From contig CATNEN010000001.1 of NCBI GenBank assembly GCA_950097015.1, positions 9,238,001 through 9,302,000 on the forward strand: DNA of 64,000 nt, written 5' to 3'. Under the pieces are notes generated by a model. That model saw only the letters and a program-made list of their open reading frames with translations, did not search any database and had not been told where the DNA came from. This document shows, one piece after another, positions 49,906 to 61,500 of the stretch. The DNA is from Macrostomum hystrix (Eukaryota > Animalia > Platyhelminthes). The position numbers and the translations under genes were made by a program. Positions within the stretch are counted from its first letter, which is position 1; each line of letters opens with the position of its first letter.

Positions 49906-52900
49906 ATGGCGCAATATAATCAGTCAACTGATGTAATTGATATCCTAAATGAACTTTTTGTAAGTTAATTTTGCATGTGTTTTTAATCTATCTAAAATAA
50001 AAAAATCTACAAAAAAGATAAAATCGTTAATTTTAGTTACCTGAAACGAACTCTGAGCAGTCAGTAAATCAGCCAACAGTTATGAGTCAATATAGTCAGG
50101 GTTCTGCTGATAGTGCATACCTAAGCATTGGAGTATGTTTTTTCACTGTTCTATATATACATTTATCTAACAAAAACTGGCATTGTTATAAAAAATATTT
50201 TTCTCTAATAAATTATGCATGTTTCAGAACAATCAGCTAGATTTTAATCCATCGCAAAGCTTTGCTTTGGATTCCTCTATAAAATATTACTGAAATCCCA
50301 GATCCTCTAAAATATATTACTGAAATCCCAGATCCTCTAAAACTATAACTGAAATCCCAGATCCTCTATAAAATATTACTGAAATCCCAGATCCTCTAAT
50401 AAATATTACTGAAATCCCTGATCCTCTATAGAATATTACTGAAATCCCAGATCCTCTATAAAATATTACTGAAATCCCAGATCCTAAATAGAATATTACT
50501 GAAATCCCAGATCCTCTATAAAATATTACTAAAATCCCAAATCATCTATAAAATATTACTGAAATCCCAGATCCTCATGTAGAATATTACTGAAATCCCA
50601 GATCCTCTAAAACTATTGCTGAAATCCCAGATCCTCCATAAAATATTACTGAAACCCCAGATTCTCTATAAAATATTACTGAAATCCCAGATCCTCAGGT
50701 AGAATATTACTGAAATCCCAGATCCTCAGGTAGAATATTACTGAAATCCCAGATCCTCTATAAAATATTACTAAAATCCCAGATCCTCTATAGAATATTA
50801 CTGAAATCCTAGATCCTCTATAGAATATTACTGAAATGCCAGATCATCTATAAAATATTACTAAAATCCCAGATCCTCTATAAAATATTACTAAAATCCC
50901 AGATCATCTATAAAATATTACGGAAATCCCAGATCCTCCGGTAGAATATTACTGAAACCCCAGATCCTCCGGTAGAATATTACTGAAACCCCAGATCCTC
51001 CGGTAGAATATTACTGAAACCCCAGATCCTCCAGTAGAATATTACTGAAACCCCAGATCCTCCGGTAGAATATTACTGAAACCCCAGATCCTCCGGTAGA
51101 ATATTACTGAAACCCCAGATCCTCCGGTAGAATATTACTGAAACCCCAGATCCTCCGGTAGAATATTACTGAAACCCCAGATCCTCCGGTAGAATATTAC
51201 TGAAACCCCAGATCCTCCGGTAGAATATTACTGAAACCCCAGATCCTCCGGTAGAATATTACTGAAACCCCAGATCCTCCGGTAGAATATTACTGAAACC
51301 CCAGATCCTCCGGTAGAAAATTACTGATCTTCAGATCGCATACTACGAAGATCCTTGATCTTCAAAGTTTAAAAAAAAGTTGATTTGAAATTCACTGATT
51401 AAAATTCACACAAGCTTCCTCTGTTATACCTAACCAATGGCTGCAGCCGCTGGTAAATATACAAATCGAAAATCAGCCAATGAAGTCGCATCGAGTCAGA
51501 TCTAAAGGCGAAATGGCCGACTTTGCCAGCAGGGGCAGCGCCAAAGCCACTGGCAGTCGCCTGAAAGGTAGTCGCGGCACAAACGACTTTGTGACTATCT
51601 CCCTAACTTTAAATGGGAGTAAAGAAACTGTTAGTGGCGAGTTGATAGTTATGCTGATTGGATGCCATGGCGGACTAGATATCCAATCTAAACCAGTGAA
51701 AATTCATCCCTACAGTCTGTGTGGCGACTTTTGTGATAACGGACTGTACCGAAAGACAGTGCTAGTCGGTAGCCAACAATCTACTACTGTCATGTAAGTT
51801 AAAGTAAAAATTTACATTTTTTTCGATCCTTTCGTCGCATAGTAAAATATAAAAATGAGCTATTAAATCCCGGGTCCTGGATCCCCGAAAAAATCCCAGA
51901 TCCTCATACCAATAATTTGTTATGATTGTAACATCATACCAGATGCTTATACCAGATACTGGTACCAACCAATCATTTAGTGAGCTACTAGGGCCTGACA
52001 TCCCAGATCCTCATATTTAGTGAGCTACTAGGGCCTGACATCCCAGATCCTCATATTTAGTGAGCTACTAGGGCCTGACATCCCAGATTCTCATATTTAG
52101 TGAGCTACTACGGCCTGACATCCCAGATCCTCATATTTAGTGAGCTACTAGGGCCTGACATCCCAGATCCTGATATTTAGTGAGCTACTAGGGCCTGACA
52201 TCCCAGATCCTGATATTTAGTGAGCTACTAGGGCCTGACATCCCAGATTCTCATATTTAGTGAGCTACTAGGGCCTGACATCCCAGATCCTGATATTTAG
52301 TGAGCTACTAGGGCCTGACATCCCAGATCCTCATATTTAGTGAGCTACTAGGGCCTGACATCCCAGATCCTCATATTTAGTGAGCTACTAGGGCCTGACA
52401 TCCCAGATTCTCATATTTAGTGAGCTACTACGGCCTGACATCCCAGATCCTCATATTTAGTGAGCTACTACGGCCTGACATCCCAGATTCTCATATTTAG
52501 TGAGCTACTACGGCCTGACATCCCAGATCCTCATATTTAGTGAGCTACTACGGCCTGACATCCCAGATCCTCATATTTAGTGAGCTGCTAGGGCCTGACA
52601 TCCCAGATCCTCATATTTAGTGAGCTGCTAGGGCCTGACATCCCAGATCCTCATATTTAGTGAGCTACTAGGGCCTGACATCCCAGATCCTCATATTTAG
52701 TGAGCTACTAGGGCCTGACATCCCAGATCCTCATATTTAGTGAGCTACTAGGGCCTGACATCCCAGATCCTCATATTTAGTGAGCTACTAGGGCCTGACA
52801 TCCCAGATTCTCATATTTAGTGAGCTGCTAGGGCCTGACATCCCAGATCCTCATATTTAGTGAGCTACTAGGGCCTGACATCCCAGATCCTCATATTTAG

Positions 52901-55107
52901 TGAGCTGCTAGGGCCTGACATCCCAGATCCTCATATTTAGTGAGCTACTAGGGCCTGACATCCCAGATCCTCATATTTAGTGAGCTACTAGGGCCTGACA
53001 TCCCAGATCCTCATATTTAGTGAGCTGCTAGGGCCTGACGCCTCAAATCCTCAAATGATATTATGTAGCAATAGTTGGCAGTAAATTTCGCTAAACTACA
53101 ATTTTCAGGCTTAACAAACAAGGCATTGTTCAGTGCAAGAAGAAAGACCTGACCTCTACCGTCGATGAGAAAGCAAAGTTATTGCTGGAATTGTTCAAGG
53201 ATGAGAAAAGCCGCGGCTTGTTTTGTAAGTTGTAGCTAGAGGTTTTGCATATTGTTACTAAATATTTTAACGTGTTCTTTCTCTTCTTCGCTAACAAATA
53301 CCAACCAATCATATTTAGATCAACGAGATGACATGTTCTCTGGGCCATTGTGTATCGATCCGCTTAATACAGCAGATTCTAATCTGAGAATTCTATTTGC
53401 TTACCTACCGGCATCAAGCGTTATCAACGCTTTTGCGCTATCGGATCCAATTTCATGTAAGTATTACTGATATACTCTCTTGTGTATTACTCGGATGTAT
53501 TTGGCGACAGACACCTGCGTAAGTAGGCGCACAGTTAGCAGGCTATCTTAAATGATTTCAAACGATTTCAAAGATGTCAGGATGTCAGGATGTCAGTGAT
53601 GTCAGAATTTCAAAGATGTCAGAATGTCAAAGATGTCTGAATGACAGTATGTAAAAGATGTCAGGATGTCAAAGATGTCAGGATGTCAAAGATGTCAGGA
53701 TGTCAAAGATCTCAGGATGTAAAAGATTTCAGGATATCAAAGATGTCAGGATGTCAAAGATGTCAGAATGACAGTATGTCAAGATGTCAGAATGTCAAAG
53801 ATGTCAGTATGTCAAAGATGTCAGAATGTCAGAATGTCAAAGATGTCAGAATGACAATATGTCAAAGATGTCAGAATGTCAGAATGTCAAAGATGTCAGA
53901 ATGACAGTATGTCAAAGATATCAGGATGTCAATCTTTACCAGATGTCAGGATGAGTTAGCGAGAGGCAAACGTGTAAAACTGCGCTGCCCCTAGGGTGTG
54001 TGGTTTCGAGTCTGTATGTATAGTCTGCAGACTGCAGTTTAGGCTGGGAAACTACCGACATCCCTATGTAGAATATTCTAAGCTCAATAATAAAGCTTGT
54101 ACGAGTATATCGATGTTCTGAAACTGCATTCCGTGCCATTGCAGGCTGTGCTGGCAATTCCGGCGGCAAAGATTTCAAAGTGAAAGCCTTTAATCCAGTG
54201 TCTGTTGTGCTGAATGTTGAGCAGAATCCACCAATTAGTTCGGATGTGTGGCTGCAGCTGGAGGCTGATGTCAGTAAGTTGCTAATAATAATGATAAGAA
54301 AAGAAGTTTTTCGAGCATTCTGAACTATAAATAGTTTTTTTCTTGTGTCTTTTTCAGAAGTGAAATCTGAGAGGGTCACAGCTGAGTTGGTGCTGCCAGT
54401 CGCGCCTATACTTGTCGCTGATCCTGCCTCTCCGAAAACTGTTCGCGTTGTCATTGACGATTTGGAAGTCGAACGAGTAAGAGAAGGGGGCTTATGCAAT
54501 ACGCTCGTATATGCCCTTGAGGGCCAACCTCCAAGGCACAGTTGAAAGTGTACACTGCCTGACAATGCCTGTGTGAGCGTGTGCCTGCGTACAGTTTATC
54601 TGGGTGCGTGTGTGCTCATAGAATTAATGACGAGTGCCCCGTGGCAATGGGGTTGTTGGAAATTGGAAGTCAGAGTTCAAGGCAATGATTTTTTGACACT
54701 AACGGCTACCGCCGTTCGGCTACGGCTACGGCCGCTCGTGTCCAAGGCCTTAAACTCTGACTTCCAATGAGCCCTCCATTGCAAACATCATTATCGACTC
54801 AAAAGCGTCACCAACCTCTCAGAAAGGTCATTATACAAGTTAAACAATTTTTATCGTTCATAAATTGCAGAACCTCGTTAAGCTGGGCCTAACCCAGCTC
54901 AAATGTGAGCAACTAGAGCTACAAAATATTAACAATAGCGACTTCATGGCCGATTTGTGTCTATCAAGAACGTCCAACCCGATTGCTGGCGAGGCTGCCG
55001 CCCAGACAGTTACCAGCACTGTCGCCCTGAGAGTCGTCTTCGCGGAGACGCACACGGCCTCGATGGACAAGAGGCGTAAAGTGGCCTCCAATATGCCTTC
55101 ATATTAG
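49906..55107 (+). CDS. Divergent Rel-homology-domain (NF-kB/Rel/NFAT family) transcription factor; exons 49906-49959, 50037-50132, 51447-51793, 53109-53224, 53319-53456, 54145-54273, 54358-54476, 54871-55107; about 411 aa. The 5' exons are less certain.
   Basis: IQIENQPMKSHRVR..E, SRGSAK, KIHPYSLCGDFCDNG, LNKQGIVQCKKKDL, NLRILF..ALSDPIS, an IPT-like region and terminal KRRK. All junctions are GT-AG and phase-consistent (the last six exons total 1086 nt). Confidence 0.78.
50270..51325. repeat. 30/31-bp intronic minisatellite (AATATTACTGAAATCCCAGATCCTCTATA; later CCGGTAG variant)
   Basis: About 35 tandem copies with a gradient from 30-bp to 31-bp units. Confidence 0.95.
51975..53050. repeat. 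40-bp intronic minisatellite (TGAGCTACTAGGGCCTGACATCCCAGATCCTCATATTTAG)
   Basis: About 27 near-identical copies. Confidence 0.96.
53570..53952. repeat. Degenerate 8/9-bp repeat (AAGATGTCA / GGATGTCA)
   Basis: Visible low-order repeat in an intron of the RHD gene. Confidence 0.85.
54481..54620 (+). mobile_element. SINE internal fragment next to a splice donor
   Basis: GCCCTTGAGGGCCAACCTCCAAGGCACAG..CACTGCCTGAC..CCTGTGTGAGCGTGTGCC matches the SINE family. Confidence 0.75.
54662..54768. mobile_element. Small hairpin MITE-like element
   Basis: ATTGGAAGTCAGAGTTCAAGGC and GCCTTAAACTCTGACTTCCAAT form a 22-bp inverted repeat with one mismatch. Confidence 0.55.
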
Positions 55108-55556
55108 GGCAATATTTTGTTGCTTGTGTTAAGAGTTTCTCGATCTTTATTGCCGCTCATATTTTCTTGGTGTAGATTTTTTATATATTTTTTTCTAATT
55201 GTGTGTTTACATAATATATATCGGAGTTTTAATAATGATTGATTAAATCAATGCCGCAATTAATTAACTGCAAACAAATATATATCTGGCTCTTGTGTTT
55301 TTTAATTTATTTAAATCTTGAATTGAGAATGCGCTATTGCATAGGCATAGCACAGCGAGTATCTCTCTCCTTTTGCCGCTTTCCGATTGGTCCGCCTCTC
55401 ATCGTCTAGTCATATTCTCTTACCCTCTTCGCACACCCCACTCTTATCTACTACCGTCAACCCATCCGATATTGACCAACCGAAATACATTGGTCAATGA
55501 ACCCTAAACACTAGCAAGACATACTTTGGTTGTTTACTTTGGCGTTTTTTTAGTCA

Positions 55557-58500
55557 CATCCTTAATTAGTGTGACGCATTTGAAATCTCATCCTTAATTA
55601 GTGTGACGCATTTGAAATCTCATCCTTAATTAGTGTGACGCATTTGAAATCTCATCCTTAATTAGTGTGACGCATTTGAAATCTCATCCTTAATTAGTGT
55701 GACGCACTTGAAATCGCATCCTTAATTAGTGTGACGCATTTGAAATCGCATCCTTAATTAGTGTGACGCATTTGAAATCCCATCCTTAATTTGTGTGACG
55801 CATTTGAAGTCTCATCCTTAATTAGTGTGACGCATTTGAAATCTCATCCTTAATTAGTGTGACGCATTTGAAGTCTCATCCTTAATTAGTGTGACGCATT
55901 TGAAGTCTCATCCTTAATTAGTGTGACGCATTTGAAATCTCATCCTTAATTAGTGTGACGCATTTGAAATCGCATCCTTAATTAGTGTGACGCATTTGAA
56001 ATCTCATCCTTAATTAGTGTGACGCATTTGAAATCGCATCCTTAATTAGTGTGACGCATTTGAAATCTCATCCTTAATTAGTGTGACGCATTTGAAATCC
56101 CATCCTTAATTGGTGTGACGCATTTGAAATCTCATCCTTAATTAGTGTGACGCATTTGAAATCTCATCCTTAATTAGTGTGACGCATTTGAAATCTCATC
56201 CTTAATTAGTGTGACGCATTTGAAATCTCGTCCTTAATTAGTGTGGCGCATTTGAAGTCTCATCCTTAATTAGTGTGACGCATTTGAAGTCTCATCCTTA
56301 ATTAGTGTGACGCATTTGAAATCGCATCCTTAATTAGTGTGACGCATTTGAAATCTCATCCTTAATTAGTGTGACGCATTTGAAATCGCATCCTTAATTA
56401 GTGTGACGCATTTGAAATCTCATCCTTAATTAGTGTGACGCATTTGAAATCGCATCCTTAATTAGTGTGACGCATTTGAAATCTCATCCTTAATTGGTGT
56501 GACGCATTTGAAATCCCATCCTTAATTAGTGTGACGCATTTGAAATCTCATCCTTAATTAGTGTGACGCATTTGAAATCTCGTCCTTAATTAGTGTGGCG
56601 CATTTGAAATCTCATCCTTAATTAGTGTGACGCATTTGAAATCTCATCCTTAATTAGTGTGACGCATTTGAAATCTCGTCCTTAATTAGTGTGGCGCATT
56701 TGAAATCTCATCCTTAATTAGTGTGGCGCACTTGAAATCTCATCCTTAATTAGTGTGACGCATTTGAAATCTCGTCCTTAATTAGTGTGACGCATTTGAA
56801 ATCGCATCCTTAATTAGTGTGACGCATTTGAAGTCTCATCCTTAATTAGTGTGACGCATTTGAAATCTCATCCTTAATTAGTGTGACGCATTTGAAGTCT
56901 CATCCTTAATTAGTGTGGCGCATTTGAAATCTCATCCTTAATTAGTGTGACGCATTTGAAATCTCGTCCTTAATTAGTGTGACGCATTTGAAATCGCATC
57001 CTTAATTAGTGTGACGCATTTGAAGTCTCATCCTTAATTAGTGTGACGCATTTGAAATCGCATCCTTAATTAGTGTGACGCACTTGAAGTCTCAACCTTA
57101 ATTAGTGTGACGCATTTGAAATCCCATCCTTAATTAGTGTGACGCATTTGAAATCGCATCCTTAATTAGTGTGACGCATTTGAAATCTCATCCTTAATTA
57201 GTGTGACGCATTTGAAATCGCATCCTTAATTAGTGTGGCGCATTTGAAATCTCATCCTTAATTAGTGTGACGCATTTGAAATCTCATCCTTAATTAGTGT
57301 GACGCATTTGAAATCTCATCCTTAATTAGTGTGGCGCATTTGAAATCTCATCCTTAATTAGTGTGACGCATTTGAAATCGCATCCTTAATTAGTGTGACG
57401 CATTTGAAATCGCATCCTTAATTAGTGTGACGCATTTGAAATCTCATCCTTAATTGGTGTGACGCATTTGAAATCTCATCCTTAATTAGTGTGACGCATT
57501 TGAAATCTCGTCCTTAATTAGTGTGACGCATTTGAAATCTCATCCTTAATTAGTGTGACGCATTTGAAATCGCATCCTTAATTAGTGTGACGCATTTGAA
57601 ATCGCATCCTTAATTAGTGTGACGCATTTGAAATCTCATCCTTAATTAGTGTGGCGCATTTGAAATCTCATCCTTAATTAGTGTGACGCATTTGAAATCT
57701 CATCCTTAATTAGTGTGACGCATTTGAAATCGCATCCTTAATTAGTGTGACGCATTTGAAATCTCATCCTTAATTAGTGTGACGCATTTGAAATCGCATC
57801 CTTAATTAGTGTGGCGCATTTGAAATCTCATCCTTAATTAGTGTGACGCATTTGAAATCGCATCCTTAATTAGTGTGGCGCATTTGAAATCTCATCCTTA
57901 ATTAGTGTGACGCATTTGAAATCTCGTCCTTAATTAGTGTGACGCATTTGAAATCTCATCCTTAATTAGTGTGGCGCATTTGAAATCTCATCCTTAATTA
58001 GTGTGACGCATTTGAAATCTCATCCTTAATTGGTGTGACGCATTTGAAATCTCATCCTTAATTAGTGTGACGCATTTGAAATCGCATCCTTAATTAGTGT
58101 GACGCATTTGAAATCTCATCCTTAATTGGTGTGACGCATTTGAAATCTCATCCTTAATTAGTGTGACGCATTTGAAATCTCATCCTTAATTAGTTAGGCG
58201 CATTTGAAATCTCATCCTTAATTAGTGTGACGCATTTGAAATCGCATCCTTAATTAGTGTCACGCATTTGAAATCGCATCCTTAATTAGTGTGACGCATT
58301 TGAAATCTCATCCTTAATTAGTGTGGCGCATTTGAAATCTCATCCTTAATTAGTGTGACGCATTTGAAATCGCATCCTTAATTAGTGTGACGCATTTGAA
58401 ATCTCATCCTTAATTAGTGTGACGCATTTGAAATCTCATCCTTAATTGGTGTGACGCATTTGAAATCGCATCCTTAATTAGTGTGACGCATTTGAAATCT

Positions 58501-61500
58501 CGTCCTTAATTAGTGTGACGCATTTGAAATCTCATCCTTAATTAGTGTGGCGCATTTGAAATCTCATCCTTAATTAGTGTGACGCATTTGAAATCGCATC
58601 CTTAATTAGTGTGACGCATTTGAAATCGCATCCTTAATTAGTGTGACGCATTTGAAATCTCATCCTTAATTGGTGTGACGCATTTGAAATCTCATCCTTA
58701 ATTAGTGTGACGCATTTGAAATCTCGTCCTTAATTAGTGTGACGCATTTGAAATCTCATCCTTAATTAGTGTGACGCATTTGAAATCTCATCCTTAATTA
58801 GTGTGACGCATTTGAAATCTCATCCTTAATTAGTGTGACGCATTTGAAATCGCATCCTTAATTAGTGTGACGCATTTGAAATCGCATCCTTAATTAGTGT
58901 GACGCATTTGAAATCTCATCCTTAATTAGTGTGGCGCATTTGAAATCTCATCCTTAATTAGTGTGACGCATTTGAAATCGCATCCTTAATTAGTGTGGCG
59001 CATTTGAAATCTCATCCTTAATTAGTGTGACGCATTTGAAATCGCATCCTTAATTAGTGTGGCGCATTTGAAATCTCATCCTTAATTAGTGTGACGCATT
59101 TGAAATCTCATCCTTAATTAGTGTGGCGCATTTGAAATCGCATCCTTAATTAGTGTGACGCATTTGAAATCTCATCCTTAATTAGTGTGACGCATTTGAA
59201 ATCTCATCCTTAATTAGTGTGACGCATTTGAAATCTCATCCTTAATTAGTGTGACACACTTGAAATCTCATCCTTAATTAGTGTGACGCATTTGAAATCG
59301 CATCCTTAATTAGTGTGACGTATTTGAAATCGCATCCTTAATTAGTGTGACGCATTTGAAATCTCATCCTTAATTAGTGTGACGCATTTGAAATCTCATC
59401 CTTAATTAGTTTGTCGCATTTGAAATCTCATCCTTAATTAGTTTGTCGCATTTGAAATCTCATCCTTAATTAGTTTGTCGCATTTGAAATCTCATCCTTA
59501 ATTAGTTTGTCGCACTTGAAATCTCATCCTTAATTAGTTTGTCGCATTTGAAATCTCATCCTTAATTAGTGTGGCGCATTTGAAATCTCATCCTTAATTA
59601 GTTTGTCGCATTTGAAATCGCATCCTTAATTAGTGTGACGCATTTGAAATCTCATCCTTAATTAGTGTGACGCATTTGAAATCTCATCCTTAATTAGTTT
59701 GTCGCATTTGAAATCTCATCCTTAATTAGTTTGTCGCATTTGAAATCTCATCCTTAATTAGTGTGTCGCATTTGAAATCGCATCCTTAATTAGTGTGACG
59801 CATTTGAAATCTCATCCTTAATTAGTGTGACGCATTTGAAATCTCATCCTTAATTAGTGTGACGCACTTGAAATCTCATCCTTAATTAGTGTGACGCATT
59901 TGAAATCGCATCCTTAATTAGTGTGGCGCATTTGAAATCGCATCCTTAATTAGTGTGACGCATTTGAAATCTCATCCTTAATTAGTGTGACGCATTTGAA
60001 ATCTCATCCTTAATTAGTTTGTCGCATTTGAAATCTCATCCTTAATTAGTGTGACGCATTTGAAATCTCATCCTTAATTAGTGTGACGCACTTGAAATCT
60101 CATCCTTAATTAGTGTGACGCATTTGAAATCTCATCCTTAATTAGTTTGTCGCATTTGAAATCTCATCCTTAATTAGTGTGACGCATTTGAAATCTCATC
60201 CTTAATTAGTGTGACGCACTTGAAATCTCATCCTTAATTAGTGTGACGCATTTGAAATCTCATCCTTAATTAGTGTGACGCATTTGAAATCTCATCCTTA
60301 ATTAGTGTGACGCATTTGAAATCTCATCCTTAATTAGTGTGACGCATTTGAAATCTCATCCTTAATTAGTGTGACGCACTTGAAATCGCATCCTTAATTT
60401 GTGTGACGCATTTGAAATCTCATCCTTAATTAGTGTGACGCACTTGAAATCTCATCCTTAATTAGTGTGACACATTTTTTGAAATCGCATCCTTAATTAG
60501 TGTGGCGCATTTTTTGAAATCGCATCCTTAATTAGTGTGACGCATTTGAAATCTCATCCTTAATTAGTGTGGCGCACTTGAAATCTCATCCTTAATTAGT
60601 GTGACACATTTTTTGAAATCTCATCCTTAATTAGTGTGACGCATTTGAAATCTCATCCTTAATTAGTGTGACGCACTTGAAATCTCATCCTTAATTAGTG
60701 TGACGCACTTGAAATCTCATCCTTAATTAGTGTGGCGCATTTGAAATCGCATCCTTAATTAGTGTGACGCACTTGAAATCGCATCCTAAATTAGTGACAC
60801 ATTTGAAATCTCATCCTTAATTAGTGTGACGCATTTGAAATCTCATCCTTAATTAGTGTGACGCACTTGAAATCGCATCCTTAATTGGTGTGACGCACTT
60901 GAAATCGCATCCTTAATTGGTGTGACGCATTTGAAATCGCATCCTTAATTAGTGTGACGCATTTGAAATCTCATCCTTAATTAGTTAGGCGCACTTGAAA
61001 TCGCATCCTAAATTAGTGACGCATTTGAAATCTCGTCCTTAATTAGTGTGACGCATTTGAAATCTCATCCTTAATTAGTGTGACACATTTGAAATCGCAT
61101 CCTTAATTTGTGTGACGCATTTGAAATCTCATCCTTAATTAGTGTGACTCATTTGAAATCGCATCCTTAATTTGTGTGGCGCATTTGAAATCTCATCCTT
61201 AATTAGTTAGGCGCACTTGAAATCTCATCCTTAATTAGTGTGACGCACTTGAAATCTCATCCTTAATTAGTGTGACGCATTTGAAATCTCATTCTTAATT
61301 AGTGTGACGCACTTGAAATCTCATCCTTAATTAGTGTGACGCACTTGAAATCTCATCCTTAATTAGTGTGACGCACTTGAAATCTCATCCTTAATTAGTG
61401 TGACGCATTTGAAATCGCATCCTTAATTAGTGTGACGCATTTGAAATCTCATCCTTAATTAGTGTGACGCATTTGAAATCTCATCCTTAATTAGTGTGAC

